NCBI GenBank assembly: GCA_963701965.1
Contig: OY969695.1
Location: 864,001 to 928,000 of the forward strand
Source of the DNA: an uncultured Gemmatimonadales bacterium
Lineage (GTDB): Bacteria > Gemmatimonadota > Gemmatimonadetes > Gemmatimonadales > Gemmatimonadaceae
Reading direction: 5' to 3'
DNA length: 64,000 nt
Below, piece after piece: positions 29,176 to 38,119 of the stretch. The notes under the pieces are model-generated. The model did no database searches, was not told where the DNA came from, and worked only from the letters and a program-made list of their open reading frames with translations. The translations under genes and the position numbers were made by a program. Each line of letters starts with the position of its first letter. The first letter of the stretch is position 1.

Positions 29176-29224
29176 TGTATGATCTTGGGCGAACTTCTTC
29201 CCGAACAGACGGCGCGCCCGTACA

Positions 29225-29253
29225 TTGACGCCTCGGTTGGCATGGTCTAGCTT
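29225..29253 (+). promoter_or_regulatory. Sigma70 promoter for the prs operon
   Basis: TTGACG-17-TAGCTT. Confidence 0.7.
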
Positions 29254-29267
29254 ATAGGGCTCTAGAT

Positions 29268-30221
29268 ATGGACGGCACTGGGGTACCGCGGCAGGGGTTC
29301 AAGCTGCTCTCGGGGACGGCAAACCGCCCCTTGGCCAATGAGATCGCCCGCTGCCTCGGCGTCGAGATGTGCAAGGTCACCGCGTCGCGCTTTACCGACG
29401 GGGAGATCTTTGTACGGATCGACGAGAACATTCGAGGCTCGGACATATTCATCGTCCAGCCGACGAACCCGCCGGCCGACAATGTGCTCGAATTGATGCT
29501 CTTGATCGATGCCGCCCGGCGTGCCTCGGCGGCGCGGATCACGTGCGTCATGCCGTATTATGGGTACTCGCGACAGGATCGAAAGGATCAGCCGCGGGTG
29601 GCGATTGGCGCCAAGCTGATGGCGAACATGATCCAGACCGCCGGTGCGGACCGGCTGTTGGGGATCGACTTCCATCAGCACCAGCTGCAAGGGTTTTTCG
29701 ACGTCCCGGTCGACCATTTGTACGCGGCGCCGGTGTTCGTCTCGCACTATCGGAAGAAGCAGCTCAAGGACTTGGTAGTCGTCGCGCCGGATGTGGGCGC
29801 GGCGAAGATGGCGCGAGGGTTCGCCAAACGGCTCGATGGCACCCTGGCGATCATCGACAAGCGGCGACCGCGGGCCAATGTCGCCGAAGTCGTAAATGTC
29901 GTCGGTGAGGTCGAAGAGCGGGACTGCCTCATCGTCGACGACATGATCGACACGGCGGGGACGGTCACGGAGGCGGCGCGGGCGCTCAAGCGGCTCGGCG
30001 CCAACGATGTGTACGTTTGCGCCACGCACGCGTTGTTCTCGGGGCCGGCCCCGGAGCGGTTCGCGAACGCGCCGATCACCGAAGTCACGGTGACCGACAC
30101 GATCGCCATGACGCCCGAGCGGCGGTTCCCGTCGTTGAAAGTGCTTTCGGTGGGCGAGCTGCTGGCGAAGGCGATTCGGTACACGCATTCGGACCAGTCG
30201 GTGAGCTCGCTGTTCGATTAA
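29268..30221 (+). CDS. prs: Ribose-phosphate pyrophosphokinase
   Basis: FTDGE, PYYGYSRQDRK, DDMIDTAGT. Confidence 0.97.
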   Translation: MDGTGVPRQGFKLLSGTANRPLANEIARCLGVEMCKVTASRFTDGEIFVRIDENIRGSDIFIVQPTNPPADNVLELMLLIDAARRASAARITCVMPYYGYSRQDRKDQPRVAIGAKLMANMIQTAGADRLLGIDFHQHQLQGFFDVPVDHLYAAPVFVSHYRKKQLKDLVVVAPDVGAAKMARGFAKRLDGTLAIIDKRRPRANVAEVVNVVGEVEERDCLIVDDMIDTAGTVTEAARALKRLGANDVYVCATHALFSGPAPERFANAPITEVTVTDTIAMTPERRFPSLKVLSVGELLAKAIRYTHSDQSVSSLFD

Positions 30222-30236
30222 CTTCAGGATACAGAT

Positions 30237-30902
30237 ATGGCTACGGCACAACTCTCCGCGACACCCCGGTCCGAGACCGGCAAAGGCGTCGCCCGTAAAC
30301 TCCGGCAGTCCGGGCAGATCCCCGGCGTCATCTATGGTCACGCCCGGGAACCACAGGCGCTGGCGATCAACACGCGCGACTTCGAGCGACTGCTCGAGCA
30401 CATCTCGGCCGAGAACACGGTCATTGAGCTGGCGCTCGGCGGCAAGACGTCGCGGACCCTGATCCGCGAGATCCAGCGGCATCCGTTCAAGCGCGAATGC
30501 CTCCACGTCGACTTCCAGGAACTGGTCGCCGGCGAGACGGTCTCCGTGCGCATTCCGCTGGTGCTCGTCGGAACGTCCGAGGGCGTGCGGCTCGAAGGCG
30601 GCGTGCTGGACCAGACGATGCGCGATCTGGAGATCGAAGTCGATCCGGCGAACATGCCGAACCACATCGACATCGATGTCACGAACCTCAAGATCGGCGA
30701 GTCGATCCACGTGCGCGACATCGTCCTGCCCGCGGGCGTGACGCCGCTGGCGGACCCCGACACCACGATCGCCGTGTGCGCCGCGCCGCGCGCCGCGATC
30801 GAGGAAGCGGCCGCCGCGCCGGTCGAAGGTGCGGAGGCGGCACCGGCTGAGCCCGAAGTGATCCGGGCCAAGAAGACCGACGAGGAGACCGAGGAGAAGT
30901 AA
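30237..30902 (+). CDS. rplY: 50S ribosomal protein L25/Ctc
   Basis: GKGVARKLR, IPGVIYG, HVDF, GVRLEGG. Confidence 0.96.
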   Translation: MATAQLSATPRSETGKGVARKLRQSGQIPGVIYGHAREPQALAINTRDFERLLEHISAENTVIELALGGKTSRTLIREIQRHPFKRECLHVDFQELVAGETVSVRIPLVLVGTSEGVRLEGGVLDQTMRDLEIEVDPANMPNHIDIDVTNLKIGESIHVRDIVLPAGVTPLADPDTTIAVCAAPRAAIEEAAAAPVEGAEAAPAEPEVIRAKKTDEETEEK

Positions 30903-30904
30903 GC

Positions 30905-31477
30905 CTGAAAGTCATCCTCGGCCTCGGCAACCCGGGTCGGGAATACGAGGCGACGCGTCACAACGTCGGCTGGTGGGTGGTCGACCACCTCGCCGACGTT
31001 TGGCGTTTCGACCCGTGGAAAAAGGATGGCGAAGCCATGGTGACGACCGGGACGGTCGGTCCCGTCAAGACGCGGCTCGTCAAGCCACAGACGTACATGA
31101 ACCTGAGCGGTGCGGTGCTCAAGCCCTACGTGCGGCGCCCGTTCTGGGCGCCGGCGACTGACCTGCTCGTCGTGGTCGACGAGGTCCAATTGCCGTTGGC
31201 CAAGATGCGGTTTCGACCCGATGGGAGCGCCGGGGGCCACAATGGCCTCAAGAGCATTGAGCACGCGCTGGGGACGCGGGAGTACACGCGACTCCGGATC
31301 GGGATCGCGCCGGTCGACGAACGACACGAGCGTGGGGACCTCGCCGATTTCGTGCTGGGTCCCTTCGGGAAAATCGAGCGGGCGGCCATCGCGGAGCGCA
31401 TGGGCGACTATACGGCGGCGGTAGAGACCTGGCTGCGCGAAGGCGTCGCGGTGGCCATGAACCGATACAACAGCTGA
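30905..31477 (+). CDS. pth: Peptidyl-tRNA hydrolase (CTG start)
   Basis: CTG-KVILGLGNPG..Y..TRHNVG, KPQTYMNLSG, GGHNGLKS; GAGGAG SD at 30891-30896. Confidence 0.95.
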   Translation: MKVILGLGNPGREYEATRHNVGWWVVDHLADVWRFDPWKKDGEAMVTTGTVGPVKTRLVKPQTYMNLSGAVLKPYVRRPFWAPATDLLVVVDEVQLPLAKMRFRPDGSAGGHNGLKSIEHALGTREYTRLRIGIAPVDERHERGDLADFVLGPFGKIERAAIAERMGDYTAAVETWLREGVAVAMNRYNS

Positions 31478-31478
31478 T

Positions 31479-32579
31479 ATGCTCAAACTGGCAATCGTCG
31501 GGCTGCCGAACGTCGGCAAGTCGACGCTGTTCAACGCGCTGACGGCCGCCAAGGCCGAGGCTGCGAACTATCCGTTCTGCACCGTGGAGCCCAACGTCGG
31601 CATGGTCGAAGTGCCGGATCGGCGGCTTGGCACCCTTGCAGACATCGTGCACCCCAAGAAAGTGGTGCCCGCGGTAGTGCAGTTCGTCGACATTGCCGGC
31701 TTGGTGAAAGGCGCGGCGGAAGGCGAAGGCCTGGGCAACAAGTTCCTGGCCACCATCCGCGAGACGGACGCGATCGTCCACGTGGTGCGCTGCTTCGAGG
31801 ATCCCGACGTGACGCACGTCATGGGCGCCGTCGATCCCGTGCGCGATCGCGAGGTGATCGAGTTCGAATTGGCCCTCGCCGATCTCGCGGTCGTCGAGAA
31901 GCGTCTCGACAAGACCCGGCGCAGCGCCAAATCGCACGACAAAACCGCCCTCGCCGAGCTGCCGACGCTGGAAGCGGCCGCCGCCGTGCTGCAGGAGGGC
32001 AAGCCGCTCTGGGAAGCGACCCTCAGCGCCGGGCAGCGCGAGGTCCTGGCTCCGCTCGCGCTGCTCACGGCCAAGCCCGTGCTCTATGCGGCGAACGTCA
32101 CCGACGCCGAGTTGGCCGGGCGTGAGGGCAAATACGTCACGGCCCTACGGGAGGCCGTGCGGCAGTCGGGAGAGCATGCGCAGGTCGTGCCATTTTCGGC
32201 GCGCATCGAGGCCGAGCTGGCCGAGTTGCCGCCCGAAGAGCGGGCCGAGTTCCTGGCGTCATTGGGCCTCGAGTCCGCCGGCCTCGACCGGTTGATCCGG
32301 GCAGGATACGAGCTCCTGGGGCTCGAGACTTATTTCACGGCCGGTGAGCAGGAAGTGCGGGCCTGGACCATCGACGAGGGCGACACCGCGCCCAAGGCGG
32401 CCGGTGTCATCCATACCGACTTCGAGCGCGGGTTCATTCGCGCCGAGACGGTGGGCTTTGACGATTTTGTGGCGAATCAGGGATGGAAAGGCGCCCGCGA
32501 GCGCGGTGTGGTGCGCTCCGAAGGCAAGGAGTACGTTGTGAAGGACGGCGACGTGCTGCTCTTTCGCTTCAACGTGTAG
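31479..32579 (+). CDS. ychF: Ribosome-binding ATPase YchF
   Basis: [25 protein letters not shown] end. Confidence 0.97.
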   Translation: MLKLAIVGLPNVGKSTLFNALTAAKAEAANYPFCTVEPNVGMVEVPDRRLGTLADIVHPKKVVPAVVQFVDIAGLVKGAAEGEGLGNKFLATIRETDAIVHVVRCFEDPDVTHVMGAVDPVRDREVIEFELALADLAVVEKRLDKTRRSAKSHDKTALAELPTLEAAAAVLQEGKPLWEATLSAGQREVLAPLALLTAKPVLYAANVTDAELAGREGKYVTALREAVRQSGEHAQVVPFSARIEAELAELPPEERAEFLASLGLESAGLDRLIRAGYELLGLETYFTAGEQEVRAWTIDEGDTAPKAAGVIHTDFERGFIRAETVGFDDFVANQGWKGARERGVVRSEGKEYVVKDGDVLLFRFNV

Positions 32580-32708
32580 GCGCTTCGCGCCTCACGTTGA
32601 ACGCAGTCGGTTGCGTACTTCGCACGGCCGACGAGGAGTGGCGGCGCAGCCGCCACGACGGGCAACCGACAAGTTCAACACGGGACGCGGAGCGTCCCAT
32701 TGTTGAAC
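32568..32708. other. Highly structured intergenic element (candidate ncRNA or REP-like doublet)
   Basis: Two related hairpins in inverted orientation flanking a three-way junction; see findings. Confidence 0.5.
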
Positions 32709-32731
32709 ACGTGACGGTGATCGGTTAAGAT
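32703..32731 (+). promoter_or_regulatory. Sigma70 promoter for the rpsF operon
   Basis: TTGAAC-17-TAAGAT. Confidence 0.7.
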
Positions 32732-32747
32732 TCGGTGCACCGACAAC

Positions 32748-32806
32748 TTACCCTCCTCTCGCGGTTACGAGCCCGCGAGGGGCGGCACTCAAGACCATAG
32801 GGAGGC
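32748..32806 (+). promoter_or_regulatory. Probable S6:S18 autoregulatory leader RNA
   Basis: CCCTCC anti-SD, hairpin ctcgcgg/ccgcgag, then AGACCATAGGGAGG before rpsF, resembling known rpsF leaders. Confidence 0.6.
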
Positions 32807-32813
32807 TCGCCGA

Positions 32814-33176
32814 ATGCCCCGTCAGTACGAGGCGGTCTACATCTTCGATTCGACGCTCGAAGACCCCGCGATCGCCGAGAAGCTCACCCGCCTGCACGGC
32901 TTGTTGCACGCCGAAGGCGAGATCAAAGCGGATCATTGGGGACGCCGTCAGTTGGCGTACACGATCGGTCCCCGCGAAACCGGATACTACGTCGTCGCCC
33001 GCTTTGCCGCCGAGCCCGCCGCGCTGCCCGAATTCGAGCGCGCCCTTCGGCTGGATGAGGGCGTCGTACGTTACCTGATCACGTTGTTCGAGCACGAAGT
33101 CGGCGCGCCACCGATGTCCGAGGAGGACATGGTGACCGCCCGGCGCCGTGATGACGACGACGACGACGAGGAATAG
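32814..33176 (+). CDS. rpsF: 30S ribosomal protein S6
   Basis: [24 protein letters not shown]. Confidence 0.96.
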   Translation: MPRQYEAVYIFDSTLEDPAIAEKLTRLHGLLHAEGEIKADHWGRRQLAYTIGPRETGYYVVARFAAEPAALPEFERALRLDEGVVRYLITLFEHEVGAPPMSEEDMVTARRRDDDDDDEE

Positions 33177-33178
33177 CG

Positions 33179-33400
33179 ATGCGCCGGCCACAGAAATCCT
33201 GTCCGTTCTGCGAGACCCGCGTCCGGTTCGTCGACTACAAGGATGACCGGACCCTCGGCCGCTTCATTACCGACCACGGCAAGATCCTGCCGAGTCGTTT
33301 GAGCGGCACGTGCGCCCGCCATCAGCGGCAGCTGTCGACCGCGATCAAACGCGCGCGGTTCCTCGCGCTCATCCCGTACATCAAGGGGCACACGGCTTAG
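33179..33400 (+). CDS. rpsR: 30S ribosomal protein S18 (Cys-containing type)
   Basis: [31 protein letters not shown]. Confidence 0.97.
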   Translation: MRRPQKSCPFCETRVRFVDYKDDRTLGRFITDHGKILPSRLSGTCARHQRQLSTAIKRARFLALIPYIKGHTA

Positions 33401-33404
33401 CCGC

Positions 33405-34457
33405 ATGAGCACCGGCGAGGCGGCCGCCGCCCCGCGCGAGCACGGGTGGGCGTTGTATCTGTCCGCGCTGGCCAGCTTTCTTCTGCTGCCAGCGACCCCG
33501 GTGCTGCAAATCCTGGCGCCGGTGACGCAGCCGCTGATCCTGGTGCTGCCAATGCTCGCCGTCTGCGCCCTCGTGGGCTGGGCGGCGGGCGGCCACTGGT
33601 GGGTGGCGCTAGCCTGGGTCGCCCTGGCGGCCTGGGCGGTCTTGTTGGCGCCCGGACCGCCGGGGGCGAGCACGGCCTACGTCTCCCTGGAACGCGGGTG
33701 GGCCGTGTTGCTCGCAGCGGGGTTTGGGCTCGTGTCGATGGCGGTGGCGAGCGAGGTGCGCCTCTTCTCGCGCGCCCTGGTCGCGATCGTGATCGCCGGC
33801 GTACTGGCCATTGGGGCATTCGCCGGGTCGCCGCTCCCGGCCAGCACTGTGATGCGCACGATCGACCGCGACATCGCGCGGCGCTCGGCCCTCGCGCAAT
33901 CCGCCTGGAGCCAGACCACCGCGATGCCGCAGTACAAGAGCATGTCCGGTACGATCAGTGATCCCGCCGAGCGGGTCGAGTTCGAGCGCGCCGGGCAGAG
34001 CATGATGGTCGATATGCCCACGCGCGAGGGACGGCGGTTCTTCCCCGCCCTGCTGGGCTTGGAATCGTTGTGCGCGCTGGCGCTGGGGTGGGCGCTCTAC
34101 CACCGTTTGAGCCGCACCCGGATCGGGCTGCCGTTGGCGCGACTGCGGGATTTCCGGTTCAACGATCAGTTGGTGTGGGGCGTGATCGTCGGTGCCGTCT
34201 TTCTGGTCACCCCGCACCTGGGCGCGTGGCGAACCGTGGGCGCGAATCTCACGCTCTTTTTCGGCACGTTGTACGCAGTGCGGGGGATGGGAGTGTTGGC
34301 GTGGTTTCTTCGGTCCGTGAAGCTGGGCGTCCTGACGCTGATCGCCGTGGCATTACTCGCGGGGATGCTGGCGCCGGCGCTCGCGCTCGGGCTCGGACTG
34401 ATCGGACTCGGCGATACGTGGGAAGATTGGCGCGCAAAGGCGCGTCCTACTACCTGA
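33405..34457 (+). CDS. DUF2232/YybS-like membrane protein
   Basis: Multi-TM; FRFNDQLVW, GLGDTW; located between rpsR and rplI. Confidence 0.75.
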   Translation: MSTGEAAAAPREHGWALYLSALASFLLLPATPVLQILAPVTQPLILVLPMLAVCALVGWAAGGHWWVALAWVALAAWAVLLAPGPPGASTAYVSLERGWAVLLAAGFGLVSMAVASEVRLFSRALVAIVIAGVLAIGAFAGSPLPASTVMRTIDRDIARRSALAQSAWSQTTAMPQYKSMSGTISDPAERVEFERAGQSMMVDMPTREGRRFFPALLGLESLCALALGWALYHRLSRTRIGLPLARLRDFRFNDQLVWGVIVGAVFLVTPHLGAWRTVGANLTLFFGTLYAVRGMGVLAWFLRSVKLGVLTLIAVALLAGMLAPALALGLGLIGLGDTWEDWRAKARPTT

Positions 34458-34474
34458 CAGGGAGAGCATCGTAC

Positions 34475-34918
34475 ATGGAAGTCATTCTGCGCCAAGCGGT
34501 AGAGAACGTAGGCCACCCAGGCGACATCGTGAAAGTGTCCGACGGCTTCGGCCGGAATTACTTGCTACCCCGCGGTCTCGCCTATCCGGCCACGACCGGG
34601 TACAAGAAGCGGATCGAGCAGGAGCGGCAGCGGCTCGAGGCCGCGGAATCCTCGCGGCGGGACTCCGCCCAGGTCATCGCCGACCGGTTGGCCCAAGTGT
34701 CACTGACGTTCTCGGCCCGCGTGGGCGAAGAGGGCAAGTTGTTCGGCTCGGTGACGACGAGCGACATCGTGCACCAGCTCGAGGGCCAGGGGTTCACGAT
34801 CGAGAAGCGGCAGGTCGACCTGCACGAGCCCATCCGGGCCCTCGGCGTCTACCGGGTGCCGATCCGACTCCACGCCGATGTCCGGCCGGAAATCAAAGTG
34901 TGGGTCATCAAGGCGTAG
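34475..34918 (+). CDS. rplI: 50S ribosomal protein L9
   Basis: MEVIL, GFGRNYLLP, GKLFGSVT. Confidence 0.97.
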   Translation: MEVILRQAVENVGHPGDIVKVSDGFGRNYLLPRGLAYPATTGYKKRIEQERQRLEAAESSRRDSAQVIADRLAQVSLTFSARVGEEGKLFGSVTTSDIVHQLEGQGFTIEKRQVDLHEPIRALGVYRVPIRLHADVRPEIKVWVIKA

Positions 34919-34919
34919 C

Positions 34920-35282
34920 GTGTCGCAGGCCGAACCCTCCGCGCGGCGCGCTGCCGCCCTCTGTCTCGATCGGAAGGCCCAGGATGTCGTAATCCTCAAT
35001 CTTCAGCCCGTCTCGGACATGACGGACTTCTTCGTCATTGCCAGCGGCACGTCGGACGTGCACGTCCGCAGTGTCGCGGAGCACGTGATGGCGGAGCTCA
35101 AGAAGGAGGGTGTCACCGTCTACCACGTCGAAGGCATGCAACAGGGCCAATGGGTGCTGCTCGACTACGTGGATTTCGTCGTCCACGTCTTTCATCCCTC
35201 GGTCCGGTCGTTCTATCAACTGGAACGGCTGTGGGGTGACGCCGAAGCGGTACCCGCGGCGGCCGAGCAGGGAGCGCCCTGA
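34920..35282 (+). CDS. rsfS: Ribosome silencing factor
   Basis: KAQDV, DFFVIASG, WVLLDY, YQLERLW. Confidence 0.95.
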   Translation: MSQAEPSARRAAALCLDRKAQDVVILNLQPVSDMTDFFVIASGTSDVHVRSVAEHVMAELKKEGVTVYHVEGMQQGQWVLLDYVDFVVHVFHPSVRSFYQLERLWGDAEAVPAAAEQGAP

Positions 35283-35306
35283 CCGCGGGCGAGCTATACC
35301 TTGTAA

Positions 35307-36878
35307 GTGCTTGAGTCGAGGCGTACTTTGACCCCCGTGCGCACCTCGCTTGCGGCGGTGGCGCTCGTGATCGTCGCATGCGGTCGATCGGACCGGAGCG
35401 CCGCACGATCGGCGGCGACGCCCGGCGACCGCACACCCGCCCCGCCTGCCACACCGCCCGGCGTTGATAACGTCGTCCTGCGCGTCGCGCGCACGGGCGG
35501 TCCCGTCCGCGCCTACGCCTACGCGGCACTGGACACGGCCGTCTGGTCCTCGACCGACAAAGCGCCCGCGATCGGTCGCGTCCTGGCCTTCGACGATGAC
35601 ATTGGATCGATCGCCGTCGTCGACAGCCGCGGTGCGTTGCGCCGGCTGAACCTGCGCCAGGGGCAGGTCACTCCCCCGCCCACGGTCAAGCTCACTGGAC
35701 TGACGTCGGGCGACGGCTCCGCGGTCTATGGCGTGGACGCCCATGGCGCCGTCGCGCGCCTCACCGAGACCGATGCCACGCCGTGGACGTTTACGGCGCC
35801 CGCCGAGGTGCGCGACATCGCGCCGCGGCCGGATGGCTCGATCATCGTGGTCGGCATCCCGCGGCCCATGGGGACCGTGCTGTGGCACCTCCGGCCGCCC
35901 GAGGCCCGCGTGCTCGATTCGACGGTCCTCCCGCCGCCGGCCGCCGAACGCGTCGTGCGGACCCAACTCGGAGACCGCGTCTACTTCGTCGCCGACTCCT
36001 CGATCGAGGGTGTCCGCGGCCGCGATCTCACCCCCATCGCGCCGATCCGGTTTCCGCGCCGCGTCCGGGCCGTCGCCGCGACACCCAGCGGCGATCGCCT
36101 CTACGTCGCCCTCGACTCGACGACGACGCTCCAGATCATCGACCGCTATACCGACCGGCCCACCGGCAGCGTCGAGCTCCCGGGAGCGGCCAGCGACATG
36201 CGCATGGACCCGCTCGGCCGATACCTGCTGGTGCGACCCCTGGGCGGCGACTCGGCCTGGGTCATCGCGGTCGGCACCGACCATGTGGCCGCGACCATCC
36301 GGACGTGGTGGTCCGCCGATCTCCCGTTCGTCGGACCGGATGGCCAGATCGCGACGGTCGGCCGGACCAACGTGGTATTCGTCGATCCCAGCACCGGCGC
36401 GGCACGGCGCACCATCCCCGGCGGCGCTAGTGATTTCTGGATTCCCATCCGGTGGAACGGCTTTCGTCCCCGCCCGGCGAACCTGGACCGGCCGGTCACG
36501 TTCAGCGACGTGACCCCGGATACGACCGACACGATCGGGAAGATCATCCAGAACAGCCAAAAGGACACCGCCACCCACACCGGTGCCACACCGAACCCGG
36601 CGTCGCACGCGGTCGTCGATACGGCCCACGGGAACATCGCGCCGCGCGGCGCGATCGAGTACACCGTGCAATTCGCGGCGGGCCTCAACGGCGACGCGGC
36701 CCGCGCCACGGCGGCGGCGCTGGCCGCGCCGGGCCGTACGCCGCGCGTCACGGAAACCCAACGCGACGGCACGACGATCTATCACGTCGTCCTCGGGCCG
36801 TTCACCTCGAAGGCCCAGGCCGACGCCGCGGGCCACGCCGCGGGCCACGCGTACTACGTGTACGAGGGACGCCCGTGA
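35307..36878 (+). CDS. Lipoprotein with beta-propeller-like region and C-terminal SPOR domain
   Basis: Lipobox IVAC; repeated beta strands; YTVQFAA...YHVVLGPFTSKAQA. Confidence 0.75.
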   Translation: MLESRRTLTPVRTSLAAVALVIVACGRSDRSAARSAATPGDRTPAPPATPPGVDNVVLRVARTGGPVRAYAYAALDTAVWSSTDKAPAIGRVLAFDDDIGSIAVVDSRGALRRLNLRQGQVTPPPTVKLTGLTSGDGSAVYGVDAHGAVARLTETDATPWTFTAPAEVRDIAPRPDGSIIVVGIPRPMGTVLWHLRPPEARVLDSTVLPPPAAERVVRTQLGDRVYFVADSSIEGVRGRDLTPIAPIRFPRRVRAVAATPSGDRLYVALDSTTTLQIIDRYTDRPTGSVELPGAASDMRMDPLGRYLLVRPLGGDSAWVIAVGTDHVAATIRTWWSADLPFVGPDGQIATVGRTNVVFVDPSTGAARRTIPGGASDFWIPIRWNGFRPRPANLDRPVTFSDVTPDTTDTIGKIIQNSQKDTATHTGATPNPASHAVVDTAHGNIAPRGAIEYTVQFAAGLNGDAARATAAALAAPGRTPRVTETQRDGTTIYHVVLGPFTSKAQADAAGHAAGHAYYVYEGRP

Positions 36879-38104
36879 CCTTGACGCTCCTCGAGAACGG
36901 AGCGGCGCCGCGCACCGGCTTCGCCAGCGTCGCCGACAGTCTGGTGGGCATCACGTCGGCCGTGGTTGTCGGCGAGAGCACCCCGGGAACGGCGTTGGCG
37001 GCGATCGCCACCGCGCGCGTCATCGCGCAGAGCCGGATCGTGACCATCGTCGATCTGATCGGCAACATTGCTCCATTGCGAGCGCTGGCCGAGGACGACG
37101 ACCCGCACGGGGTGTCCGATTGCTTCGTGTATGGCATCTCGCCCAAAGCGGTCACGCGCCGGACGCACGCCAGCGATCAGCTGTTCGTGATCCCGGCCGG
37201 TACGGAGCCGATCGAGCACGAGCCGGTGCTGTCCAGCGCCCGGTGGGGTCGCCTGATCGGCGAGTATCGGAACGCCGGAGCGCTCCTGCTGTTCGTCGCG
37301 GTCGCGCGGAGCGCCGGCCTGTCCGAGCTGATCGCCCAGACCGAGGGCGTCGTCGCCGTCGGCGCCGTCGAAGCGCTCCTCCCGTCCGGCACGCACGTCC
37401 TGGTGAATGCCACGCCGCCGCTGCGTCGCGTGGTGACGCGCCGGCTCGACGAGCAAACCATGCAGGGACAGCGCATCGGGCGCCGCATCGCCGCCGTGCT
37501 GGCGACGGCCGCCGCCATCGCGATCGCGGCATGGGTCGGCGTCGCCAAGCCCTTTCGGCCGGCGCCCGTCGCGTTGGCCGCGGTCCGCGCCGACACGGTG
37601 ACGACGAGCGCCAGCGCGCAGCTGGCCCCATCGCCCGGTGCGACCGCCGCGCCTGTCGCGGACGCGCGCGCCGAGTACGCGGTGCTCGTGGCGACGGGCC
37701 CGACGTACGCCGCCGCGCTCCGCACGCTGCGCGACACGGCGGCCGTCCTCGGCGCCCGCACCATCTCGCCCCTGGACTCGACCCATTTCGCGGTCCTGGC
37801 GGGAGCGTACGGCGATAGTTCGACCGCGGGCGCGGGCGCGGCGGCCGCCGGAGGCGGCGCCGTCGTCGCCCGCGTGCCGCTCGCGCTCCGACTCGCCGAT
37901 TCGCTCGCGGTGGATTCGGCGCAGGCGCTGGCCCGGCGCCTGCTCGCGCGGGGGATCCCCGCTTACGTCCTGCGCGGCACGTCCGGGAACGCGGCGGTAT
38001 ACGCCGGCGCGTTCGCGACTTCCGCCGATGCGGGCTCGCTCACCACGTCTTTGCGCCGCGCCGGCCTCTCCCCGGTATTGACGGCTCGCACTGGTCGACC
38101 ATAG
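36875..38104 (+). CDS. Single-pass membrane protein: degenerate ParA/MinD-like N-terminus and tandem SPOR-like C-terminus
   Basis: VTIVDL..GVSD..LFVIPAG; TM IAAVLATAAAIAIAAWVGV; VLAGAY and VYAGAF SPOR strands. Confidence 0.65.
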   Translation: MTLTLLENGAAPRTGFASVADSLVGITSAVVVGESTPGTALAAIATARVIAQSRIVTIVDLIGNIAPLRALAEDDDPHGVSDCFVYGISPKAVTRRTHASDQLFVIPAGTEPIEHEPVLSSARWGRLIGEYRNAGALLLFVAVARSAGLSELIAQTEGVVAVGAVEALLPSGTHVLVNATPPLRRVVTRRLDEQTMQGQRIGRRIAAVLATAAAIAIAAWVGVAKPFRPAPVALAAVRADTVTTSASAQLAPSPGATAAPVADARAEYAVLVATGPTYAAALRTLRDTAAVLGARTISPLDSTHFAVLAGAYGDSSTAGAGAAAAGGGAVVARVPLALRLADSLAVDSAQALARRLLARGIPAYVLRGTSGNAAVYAGAFATSADAGSLTTSLRRAGLSPVLTARTGRP

Positions 38105-38119
38105 GGGAATACGCAGTAG

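Noticed and set aside
20251..29224. Active integrative element or prophage at tRNA-Gln
   Set aside because: No integrase, transposase, phage gene or duplicated tRNA 3' end seen
38098..38107. GACCATAGGG shared between the smc upstream region and the rpsF leader
   Set aside because: Short match that includes a stop codon and SD-like bases; no shared structure, likely chance
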